Of a DNA stretch of 64,000 nt, positions 9,267 through 17,196 are shown piece after piece (position 1 is the first letter of the stretch; each line of letters starts with the position of its first letter). Source of the stretch: Fidelibacterota bacterium SCGC AAA003-L08 (lineage in GTDB: Bacteria; Fidelibacterota; Marinisomatia; SCGC-AAA003-L08; D37C17); contig ASPJ01000001.1 in the NCBI GenBank assembly GCA_000405805.1, positions 36,591 through 100,590 of the forward strand, written 5' to 3'. Under the pieces are notes generated by a model. The model was not told the DNA's origin. It was given only the letters and a program-made list of their open reading frames with translations, and did no database searches. Made by a program: the position numbers and the translations under genes.

Positions 9267-10504
9267 TATTCTTCTCCTTCAGTTTCAGCATTGTCCGCAT
9301 CTTTAGGGCTTCCATCATCCATCCAATCTTTTATTATTTGAGTAGCACCTTCTTTTTGGCTTGCAGACATTGCAATTGAAGATTGACGAAGAGCTTTTAA
9401 CTCTGAAGAAAGCACACTTTCATCTACATTTGCGGCTGTTCCTCCTGGATAGGATGATTGAGATACACCTGCATTAGCTGAAGATGACTGTACTTCTGAA
9501 GTTGTATCAGTTTCATTTGTTTGAACAGTATCATTTGAATTATTATTAGGATCTTTTGGCTTTAAATAAACAACTGACTTTTTATTGATTAGTATCATTA
9601 GGAACGCAATTGCAGATAATGCAAGCAAAAATATTCCCCCACCAATAAGCCATCCAGATATTCCGCCACTACTACCTCCGCCTTCCAAGGCATTTCCACC
9701 TGTTTGACTATTAATTTGCGCATCTTTTTCAGCTATGACTTGTGCAGTTAAATCGTCAACTTTTTCTTGATTTTTTTGGAAGCTCTGTTCTCTGTCATCT
9801 TCTAAAAAAGCTAATCGAATTGAATCTTTAGTTGATAAATAAATTGCCCAAGTTTGTAATTCATTTTCTGAATCTTCAAGTTGAGCCTTTAAATCAGCAA
9901 GCTGTAAGTTTAATTCAACCATTTGATCTTTTCTAGCCTGATCTTTCATATCATTTAACTCTTTTCGGAGTTTTTCAATTTCTGAATCTTCATTATTTTT
10001 ACTATTAAAATTCATTGTTTCAATAGTTATGCAATCATCACATTGTGCTGTCTGTGGAATAATTCCTTTTATTAAAGATTCAATCATTTTTTCATTAGCA
10101 CCATTAGCTAGAGAGGGTTCAATCCAAACTTCAATATCAATTTCATTTATTATATAATCATCTGCACCCAACCTTCTATTAGAAGTGGATTGATTATTAT
10201 TAGAGATTCCTTTTGAGCCTGATAGTGGTACTCCAGGGAGGTATTCCATTCCTCTATTATTCACTTTAGGAGTATTTTTAGATTTATTATTAAGTAAATC
10301 TTTATATCTACCAATTTCAAGATTAACAATCACAACAAATCTATCTTTATTCTTATCAAGCGTTTTTTCAAGTTCAGAATAAATTTTCTCTTTTAATGAA
10401 TTCTCAAGATTTATCTTTTGAGTAAAAGATTCTAAATTCTGAGGGAATAAAATCCCAATTGTTAAAATTAAAACGATACTACTAATATATTTTTTCATAT
10501 TCAT
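9266..10504 (-). CDS. shortened FliF/SctJ-like ring protein (one RBM-like domain, coiled coil, TM helix, cytoplasmic tail with FliG-binding-like C-terminal helix)
   Basis: 412 aa. Layout: N-terminal signal/anchor (ISSIVLILTIGILF); beta-alpha-beta segments RFVVIVNLEIG and IDIEVWIEPSL..EKMIESLIKGIIP..CITIETMNF typical of ring-building motifs; a coiled coil (EIEKLRKELNDMKDQARKDQMVELNLQLADLKAQLEDSENELQ); a TM helix (GWLIGGGIFLLALSAIAFLMILI); and a tail ending QKEGATQIIKDWMDDG, which resembles the FliF C-terminal VIRQWM helix. Its position immediately upstream of fliG is canonical for fliF. Confidence 0.6.
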   Translation of the reverse strand: MNMKKYISSIVLILTIGILFPQNLESFTQKINLENSLKEKIYSELEKTLDKNKDRFVVIVNLEIGRYKDLLNNKSKNTPKVNNRGMEYLPGVPLSGSKGISNNNQSTSNRRLGADDYIINEIDIEVWIEPSLANGANEKMIESLIKGIIPQTAQCDDCITIETMNFNSKNNEDSEIEKLRKELNDMKDQARKDQMVELNLQLADLKAQLEDSENELQTWAIYLSTKDSIRLAFLEDDREQSFQKNQEKVDDLTAQVIAEKDAQINSQTGGNALEGGGSSGGISGWLIGGGIFLLALSAIAFLMILINKKSVVYLKPKDPNNNSNDTVQTNETDTTSEVQSSSANAGVSQSSYPGGTAANVDESVLSSELKALRQSSIAMSASQKEGATQIIKDWMDDGSPKDADNAETEGEE

Positions 10505-10535
10505 TGTTAATGCTCTCCTAAGCCAACTTAATTAT

Positions 10536-11225
10536 TTAATAATTTGGTCCTATAATAATCTTAATACGTCTATTTTTCCTCTTTAAATCTCTTGTTCCAT
10601 TCATTGAGTCGATTAGTGCTCGATCAACATCTCCTCCTCGCCTTTGATTCCATGTCACCCCCACTGGCCATGTATCAGCGTAACCCGAAGGACTTAATCT
10701 GGTGAAATTTACACCTTTATCAATTAAATATTTAACAACTTCTGAAGCTCGAGCTGTTGATAGTTCCCAGTTTGAAGGATATTTGTTTGCCATTTTACCT
10801 CGCATCAAATCATTATCAGTATGTCCTTCAATTAAAATTGGTCTAAGATCACCTTCTTCAGTTAATACATCTTGTATTGCTCTATCTAGAACCTCTTTTA
10901 ATTTTGGTTGTAATTCAACTTGAGAGCTTTCAAAACAGATATCTCCATCAATTTCTAATGCAATTCCTCGAGGGTCCTGTGAGACAGTTGCTGTTGAATC
11001 CATATTTAGTTCTTCAATCATTTTTTCAAATTCTTTTTTAATTTCGCCTAGATCTTTTGATTCACCTTTTTTATCACCTTCAGCAAACTCTGCTAACTTA
11101 ACTGGGTCAAGAGTTGATAGAGAAAAAAGTAACACAAAGAAAGCAAACAACAAAGTCATCATATCAGAATATGTTGCAAACCAACCAGGTAATCCTCCTC
11201 CGTCTTTTTTATTTTTCTTACCCAT
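10536..11225 (-). CDS. motB: flagellar-type stator protein MotB (OmpA-like peptidoglycan-binding domain)
   Basis: 229 aa. The N-terminal TM carries the conserved channel Asp (GWFATYSDMMTLLFAFFVLLFSLS). The OmpA-like C-domain reads ILIEGHTDN...NWELSTARASEVVKYL...SPSGYADTWP. It lies 3 nt downstream of motA. Confidence 0.85.
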   Translation of the reverse strand: MGKKNKKDGGGLPGWFATYSDMMTLLFAFFVLLFSLSTLDPVKLAEFAEGDKKGESKDLGEIKKEFEKMIEELNMDSTATVSQDPRGIALEIDGDICFESSQVELQPKLKEVLDRAIQDVLTEEGDLRPILIEGHTDNDLMRGKMANKYPSNWELSTARASEVVKYLIDKGVNFTRLSPSGYADTWPVGVTWNQRRGGDVDRALIDSMNGTRDLKRKNRRIKIIIGPNY

Positions 11226-11228
11226 TTT

Positions 11229-12041
11229 TTATTCTTCGTCTAAGATCCTATCTTTACTATCTAAGAAAGCATTCAATTTATCTCGCATTAATATTGGATG
11301 AGTTTTATCATATAATAATTTTACTCCCTCAAGTATTAAAGCACTTTCAACTTCTTTATTTTCACTAATTCCTTCAAGCTTTGCAGCAAATGGTAAGAAT
11401 ATGAAATTAGCAAAAACAGAACCATATAGTGTTGTTATTAATGCGATAGCCATAGATTTCCCTAATTGTGCAGCTGGATTTACACCAGGAGCAGTTTCAC
11501 CACCCATTCCTGCAAGCATGAGTACAAGACCAATCAGTGTACCAATCATTCCAAAGGCTGGAGTATATTCACCCATAGTTTTCATTACCTTAGCTTGTCG
11601 CTCTTCTCGTATAGCTCTATTTTCTTCCATATTTTCTAGAATATCTACGATAACATCTTTTTTATAACCTCCAGCAACATAGTCACAGCCTATTTGTGAA
11701 GTCTTTAACCTAAATGCCATTGATTCAGGAGGACTTTCTAAAGATTTTTGAAGTTCACCTTTTTTATGAGATTCAGCTAAAGAAATAAAATCTTTCACAA
11801 TATCTGCTGGCGAATATGGATTATCAGATATTAATCTTTTTAAATTTTTAAATATTGATAGAACTTCTGATAACTTAAAGGCAATGGCAGTAGCTGCCAA
11901 GGCTCCTCCTACTACAATAAGCAAGCTAATACCAGACCATAATTTCATAATGGATAGACCTGCATCTGCTGCTGCTGCATAAGATGCATAGCTCATTAAT
12001 CCCAAACCTAATACAAAACCTATAATTGTTGCTAAATTCAT
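11229..12041 (-). CDS. motA: flagellar-type stator protein MotA/PomA (MotA/TolQ/ExbB channel family, 4-TM type)
   Basis: 270 aa with two N-terminal TM helices, a ~100-aa cytoplasmic loop, TM3 (YTPAFGMIGTLIGLVLML) and TM4 (MAIALITTLYGSVFANFIFLPFAAKLE). The two conserved prolines are present. Confidence 0.85.
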   Translation of the reverse strand: MNLATIIGFVLGLGLMSYASYAAAADAGLSIMKLWSGISLLIVVGGALAATAIAFKLSEVLSIFKNLKRLISDNPYSPADIVKDFISLAESHKKGELQKSLESPPESMAFRLKTSQIGCDYVAGGYKKDVIVDILENMEENRAIREERQAKVMKTMGEYTPAFGMIGTLIGLVLMLAGMGGETAPGVNPAAQLGKSMAIALITTLYGSVFANFIFLPFAAKLEGISENKEVESALILEGVKLLYDKTHPILMRDKLNAFLDSKDRILDEE

Positions 12042-12051
12042 ACTTTCTCTC

Positions 12052-13383
12052 CTAATCCTTTAATTGTGCTGAATTTAAACGCTCCTCTTTATAAGCGAGA
12101 AGTAATTCTTGAATTTCTTCAAATTCAGGGTCTAATTTTAATGCAATATTCCAATTCATAGTAGCTCGTTGAAAATCACCTAGTTTATAATAAATTGATC
12201 CTCTTCGTGCATATGCAAGGGCAATATTAGGGTTCAAATCAATTGCTTTATCAATTTCAGCTAAAGCATCTCGATATTCCTCTTCATAAAAATAACGTAA
12301 ACATCGAGTCAAATGTCTTGCAACTCTATTTGTAATTGATTGATTAGCTTGTTCTTTTAAGTAAAAAACTCGAGTTGAATCCATGAACATAGCAACTTTA
12401 TGCTGAAGCAATAAATTATTATCAGATAAAATTACAATTTCATTATTTATTAAATTAATTGAATCTTGTAAAGTACTAATTTGTTTTAATAATTCCAATT
12501 CCCTATTAGTAATATCATCAGGGAATTCAGATATATCTAACAAACTTGGTTTTGGTGCATTTGGAATATTCATTGTTAATCCCATACTAACAGCAGGTGC
12601 ATCTGGTTGTAATTGTTGATAATCATCGCCAAGTTTAGTTTCACTAGCAAACCCCCCTAGATTATTAATATGAGTCATACCAATAGACATACTATAATCA
12701 TTCGTAAATGGAATGATAGTTCCCATATTAATTCCATTCCCATCATATTCAACGATTAATTCCATCCCTCCATTCCGAGATAAATAGGGAGTATTTAAAT
12801 TAAAACCTAAAAATAAACCTGATCCACTAGATGAAATATTATCAGATGAATTAACATGTGGGTCATATTTTACTTTTCCAGTACCTGCGCCTACATTAAT
12901 TGACAGCGTGTAATTATCAAATGATTTTCTGCTTGTTAAAACACCAAAAAATGATATATCATCAATACGCATAACATCATTTCCATCCCTCCTATAGAGA
13001 ACGTCTTGAATTCCAGCAGATAAGGAAACATCTCCATGCTTAAATATTGATTTTTGAAAATGAAATCCTAGTTCTCCAACATTACTTGGGTCAATAATAT
13101 TACCAGCAGTTAGACCAAATGTAAATCCAGTCTTTGTTTGCATTCTGATAGAAGCAGAATTGCTACTTTTTCCGTAATTACTAGGATCAGCTGCAAAATT
13201 AATAATTTCAGAAGAGATACCTACAGAGAAAAAATAAGGGTTTTCATGATTAAATGCATAATTTGGTATACGCATCATATTCCCCGGTCGTGAAAATGCA
13301 ACTCTAGAATTAGCATTTACCATATTTAACATTATTGTTAAAATAAATAAAGATATAAATAGTTGTTTATAGTTATTAATCAT
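12052..13383 (-). CDS. secreted beta-rich (outer-membrane-barrel-like) protein with coiled coil and C-terminal TPR repeats, co-operonic with motAB
   Basis: 443 aa with signal-like N-terminus LFILTIMLNMVNA. About 270 aa is rich in G/S/N/aromatic alternating strands. A coiled coil (ELELLKQISTLQDSINLINNE) is followed by TPRs (ALAEIDKAIDLNPNIALAYARRGSIYYKLGDFQRATMNWNIALKLDPEF). There is a 10-nt gap to motA. Confidence 0.5.
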   Translation of the reverse strand: MINNYKQLFISLFILTIMLNMVNANSRVAFSRPGNMMRIPNYAFNHENPYFFSVGISSEIINFAADPSNYGKSSNSASIRMQTKTGFTFGLTAGNIIDPSNVGELGFHFQKSIFKHGDVSLSAGIQDVLYRRDGNDVMRIDDISFFGVLTSRKSFDNYTLSINVGAGTGKVKYDPHVNSSDNISSSGSGLFLGFNLNTPYLSRNGGMELIVEYDGNGINMGTIIPFTNDYSMSIGMTHINNLGGFASETKLGDDYQQLQPDAPAVSMGLTMNIPNAPKPSLLDISEFPDDITNRELELLKQISTLQDSINLINNEIVILSDNNLLLQHKVAMFMDSTRVFYLKEQANQSITNRVARHLTRCLRYFYEEEYRDALAEIDKAIDLNPNIALAYARRGSIYYKLGDFQRATMNWNIALKLDPEFEEIQELLLAYKEERLNSAQLKD

Positions 13384-13396
13384 TTTTTAAATATAA

Positions 13397-13945
13397 TTAT
13401 TTAAAACTTTTGTATTGTAGTTTCGCTAATTTATAATATTCACTATCTGGACAATTTGATATCAAATTATCTAAGTAAATATTTGTAGCGTGAATATTCC
13501 CTGTCTTTTTATTATATAGTGCGAGCAAAAAATATTTTTCATCAATAGGATAATTTTCTGATATAAACTCTAGACTATTAATAGCTTCTTTATATTTCCC
13601 TAATCTATATAATACATCTGAATAAATCATTCTATCTATATCAGTAAAAGATTTTTCTTCCCCGTAAATATTGTGAAAGTATTCTGCTAATTCAACATAT
13701 CTCTCACTAACATATAATATTTTAATTATATGATTTTGTGATAGATTGCTTTCCAGTAAATTAAATTCTGTTATATTAGTTGACTCTCTATATGCAGGCA
13801 TTATTTGAGTATCAGCAATCAATGGTTTTATAATATTTTCTTCATGCGTAGAGTTAGATGTAATACGAACACCTAAATCCCAAAGTATTACGTCATCTGC
13901 AAAAATAAATGTTAGAATTATTAATGAAGCTAATAGTCTATTCAT
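13397..13945 (-). CDS. small secreted TPR-like protein
   Basis: 182 aa with signal peptide MNRLLASLIILTFIFA and helical repeat segments such as YSDVLYRLGKYKEAINSLEFISENYP and YYKLAKLQY. It overlaps the upstream gene by 8 nt. Confidence 0.5.
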   Translation of the reverse strand: MNRLLASLIILTFIFADDVILWDLGVRITSNSTHEENIIKPLIADTQIMPAYRESTNITEFNLLESNLSQNHIIKILYVSERYVELAEYFHNIYGEEKSFTDIDRMIYSDVLYRLGKYKEAINSLEFISENYPIDEKYFLLALYNKKTGNIHATNIYLDNLISNCPDSEYYKLAKLQYKSFK

Positions 13946-14894
13946 ATTGTTCCCAGTCTATGGTATATGAGTAACCAATGAATGAGCCCATTGATTTTGG
14001 GACCATCAATTCAAATTCAGCAACGGCTCCTGGTAATATACTCGAATCGGAAGTTACCCCAGTTTTAAATGTATAATAAGATCCTCTTGCAAAAGCTGTT
14101 AAGGTCTCAACGTCACCATGCCAATTTTTGCGGAAGGTTACATTGATTTTTGCAAAATCACCTCTCTGCGTCCCAATATTTTTTATTTCTCCACTTAAGA
14201 TTGTATTCCCAGTTTTATCTTTTGTTTCTTGTATATCACCTATTAAAACTAACTGTGCTGTTATATTTTCTTTTCGCCGTTCTATAATATTAATACCTGA
14301 TTCATCATCATTTTGTACTTCTACTATTTCTATTTGATCTGGCGATAGGCTCCGTGTTTCTTCTTTAGCATCTTCGTCAATAATATTTTCAACTACACGA
14401 ACAATATCACTTCTATCAATTATTAATTTACCAATTAGGGTTTCTACTTTTACAACATCACGATCCTGATATACTATTTTCCCAAATACAGTTGTCCCAT
14501 TAGATAAAATTATTTCTTTATTATAGATTGTAAAAGGGTTTCCCCATACTTGGGATTTAGCACTTAATTCACGTAAATCAGCTTTATAATGATTAAGTTC
14601 AGCTTTGAGTTTTTTAATTTCAAGGTTTAATTCATTAATATGCAAATCACCATCTTGATAAGTTGAATTATCTACATCTAAATCATTTTCGGGGATATAT
14701 TCATCAAAAGCTTTCTGTTCATCTTCATTTTCAGTATCAGATGCATTATTGAATTCTTCTAACGTTTCTGATGAATTTTGTTTGTTACCCGAATCATCTA
14801 AATCAGGTTCTGAACTTCCCCCTCCACAAGCATTCAATAAAATAATGAGAGAAAAAATAGTCATTATATTTAAAACGATTTTATGTGTTTTCAT
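13938..14894 (-). CDS. lipoprotein with acidic linker, coiled coil and beta-rich C-terminal domain (first gene of the motAB-fliG operon)
   Basis: 318 aa with lipobox LLNAC-GGGSS, an acidic low-complexity stretch, a coiled coil (LNLEIKKLKAELNHYKADLRELS) and a beta-rich C-terminal half. No family recognised. Confidence 0.5.
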   Translation of the reverse strand: MKTHKIVLNIMTIFSLIILLNACGGGSSEPDLDDSGNKQNSSETLEEFNNASDTENEDEQKAFDEYIPENDLDVDNSTYQDGDLHINELNLEIKKLKAELNHYKADLRELSAKSQVWGNPFTIYNKEIILSNGTTVFGKIVYQDRDVVKVETLIGKLIIDRSDIVRVVENIIDEDAKEETRSLSPDQIEIVEVQNDDESGINIIERRKENITAQLVLIGDIQETKDKTGNTILSGEIKNIGTQRGDFAKINVTFRKNWHGDVETLTAFARGSYYTFKTGVTSDSSILPGAVAEFELMVPKSMGSFIGYSYTIDWEQYE

Positions 14895-15131
14895 ATTGCA
14901 AATATCCTAATTTATGTGTTTCAAATCAGATTTAACTATTAAATAGATTCAAAAAATATTAATAAAATAGCCAATAAAAAAATGTTTTCTGTTTAGAAAT
15001 TGTGCATGAAAAATACAATCATACAATATATAGTATATCTTGATAATTAATCATAAAATTAATGTTTGGTAGTTGCTTTAAATTCACCATCAAATTAAAT
15101 TATCATATCAGGTAATTGGAGAATATTCATA

Positions 15132-15506
15132 TTGATTTTAAATTTACTTAAATCAAAAATTCATAGAGCAACTGTTACTGAGGCCGATTTAAATTATATT
15201 GGGTCTATAACAATTGATGAGGCTCTTATGGATTCAGCAGGTATTATCGAATATGAGAAGGTTCATATTTTGAATATCACAAATGGCAATCGATTGGACA
15301 CATATGCAATTAAAGGTTCTAGGGGATCAGGCTGTATTAAAATCAATGGAGCTGCAGCGCATCATGTGAATGTGGATGATTTAATTATTTTAATTTCTTA
15401 TTGCCAGCTAGAAAATCATGAAATTAAATCACATGAGCCTAAAATTGTTCATGTTGATTCTAATAATAAAATTGTATCTATTTCAACACATGAATTAAGT
15501 ATTTAG
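15132..15506 (+). CDS. panD: aspartate 1-decarboxylase
   Basis: [25 protein letters not shown] contains the Gly-Ser self-processing site. The start is TTG, preceded by GGAG. The gene sits upstream of panB and panC. Confidence 0.93.
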   Translation: MILNLLKSKIHRATVTEADLNYIGSITIDEALMDSAGIIEYEKVHILNITNGNRLDTYAIKGSRGSGCIKINGAAAHHVNVDDLIILISYCQLENHEIKSHEPKIVHVDSNNKIVSISTHELSI

Positions 15507-15510
15507 CCTA

Positions 15511-16338
15511 ATGCCTCGTTATTCAATCAATACCATACAAAAATTTAAAGATAATAAAGAAAAATTTGCTACATTAACAGCCTATGATTATACTTCTGCC
15601 AGATTGCTAGATAGAGTAGGAATTCCATTAATACTTGTTGGGGATAGTGCCTCGATGGTTATGTATGGATATGATACAACAATCCCTGTATCTATGGATG
15701 AAATGCTATTAGTAACATCGGCTGTTGTAAGAGGATCTAAAGAAGCATTAATTGTAGCTGACATGCCATTTATGTCCTATCAATCTTCAATAGACAAGGC
15801 TTTAGAAAATGCCGGAAAATTTATTAAAAAATCTGGTGCAGGCGCAGTGAAGTTAGAAGGTGGAACGGAAGTGTGTAATATTATTTCTTCGATTGTTAAT
15901 ATTGGCATTCCTGTTATGGGACATATTGGATTAAAACCTCAATCTTTTCATCAAACTTCAGGATATAAAATCCAAGGGAAATCCATTAATGATGCAGAAA
16001 AAATTATGTTAGATGCTATAGAAGTGCAGAAAGCTGGAGTTTTTGCAATTGTTTTAGAAGGGATTCCTTCACAGCTTGCAGAAAAAATAACAGAGTCAGT
16101 ATCAATTCCTACAATAGGTATTGGGGCAGGCCCTTCTTGTGATGGACAAATTCAAGTTTTCCATGATATATTGGGATTATTTGATACATTTATTCCCAAA
16201 CACACAAAACAATTTGCAAATATTGGTAATTATATAGTTCAAGCAATAGAAGAATATAAAAAAGATGTAATATCAGGAGAATTCCCTACGGCAGATAATT
16301 GCATATCCATGGATAAGAATATTCTTGAAAAATTATAA
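15511..16338 (+). CDS. panB: 3-methyl-2-oxobutanoate hydroxymethyltransferase
   Basis: 275 aa. Motifs: TAYDYTSARLLDRVGIPLILVGDS..MV.YGY.TT, VVADMPFMSY, and KLEGG. Confidence 0.93.
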   Translation: MPRYSINTIQKFKDNKEKFATLTAYDYTSARLLDRVGIPLILVGDSASMVMYGYDTTIPVSMDEMLLVTSAVVRGSKEALIVADMPFMSYQSSIDKALENAGKFIKKSGAGAVKLEGGTEVCNIISSIVNIGIPVMGHIGLKPQSFHQTSGYKIQGKSINDAEKIMLDAIEVQKAGVFAIVLEGIPSQLAEKITESVSIPTIGIGAGPSCDGQIQVFHDILGLFDTFIPKHTKQFANIGNYIVQAIEEYKKDVISGEFPTADNCISMDKNILEKL

Positions 16339-17196
16339 ATGCAAATTATCAAATCAATTTCAGAATTTAATAAAGCAAGAAATACATTAATAGGATCTAT
16401 TGGTTTTATCCCAACAATGGGAGCTTTACATGAGGGACATTTATCTTTAATTAAAACTGCAAAATCATCATGTCAAAATACCATTGCAAGTATTTTTGTC
16501 AATCCTAAGCAATTTGCACCCAATGAAGACTTTAATAGTTATCCCAGAATGCTAGATCAAGATATCAATAAATTACGTTCTTTAAATATTGATATACTTT
16601 TTATACCATCAGAAGATGAAATATATAATAAAAACTCTCCAGATATTATTTATGATAATTATATGTTTGATATACTTGAAGGGAAGTCTCGCCCTGGATT
16701 TTTTAATGGAATATGTATCGTAGTTGCAAAATTGTTTGATATTGTTAAACCTACAGATGCATTTTTTGGAGAAAAAGATTTTCAGCAATTACGTATAATA
16801 GAGAAAATGTCTAGTGATTTAAATTATAATATTAATATCATCCCATGCAAAATTATCCGAGAGATAAATGGATTAGCAATGAGCTCCAGAAATAAACATT
16901 TATCTTCTAGTGAGGCAGAAAAATCAAAAATTATATTTAATACTTTAGAATTAGGCTTTACAATGATTAAGAATGATACGAAGGTGGTTGAAGATATTTA
17001 TGATATATTAAATAAAAAATTAAAGCAAGACTCTGTTATTAAATTAGATTATTTAAAAGTTGTTGATTATAACTCACTCATTGAATTTTCAGATTTTGTA
17101 AGTGATAATTTTGCTATATGTGTTGCTGGGTATATAAATCAAGTAAGATTAATTGATAATATTACTTATTTATATTCTGAAGATTCATCAATATAA
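16339..17196 (+). CDS. panC: pantoate--beta-alanine ligase
   Basis: 285 aa. Motifs: GFIPTMGALHEGHLSL, IFVNPKQF, FGEKDFQQL and MSSRN. It starts at the base after the panB stop. Confidence 0.93.
   Translation: MQIIKSISEFNKARNTLIGSIGFIPTMGALHEGHLSLIKTAKSSCQNTIASIFVNPKQFAPNEDFNSYPRMLDQDINKLRSLNIDILFIPSEDEIYNKNSPDIIYDNYMFDILEGKSRPGFFNGICIVVAKLFDIVKPTDAFFGEKDFQQLRIIEKMSSDLNYNINIIPCKIIREINGLAMSSRNKHLSSSEAEKSKIIFNTLELGFTMIKNDTKVVEDIYDILNKKLKQDSVIKLDYLKVVDYNSLIEFSDFVSDNFAICVAGYINQVRLIDNITYLYSEDSSI

Noticed and set aside
10536-12041. MotA/MotB homologues as a Zorya-type (ZorAB) anti-phage defence system
   Set aside because: ZorA proteins are much longer, with a long C-terminal tail, and come with ZorC/ZorD or ZorE. 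Here MotA is a compact 270-aa 4-TM protein, the partners are FliF-like and FliG, and no nuclease or helicase genes are nearby.
14895-15131. 237-nt intergenic region upstream of panD and the mot operon as a riboswitch or sRNA locus
   Set aside because: I saw no conserved riboswitch core, stable stem-loop or terminator. It is most simply a divergent promoter region, and I could not support specific -35/-10 calls.
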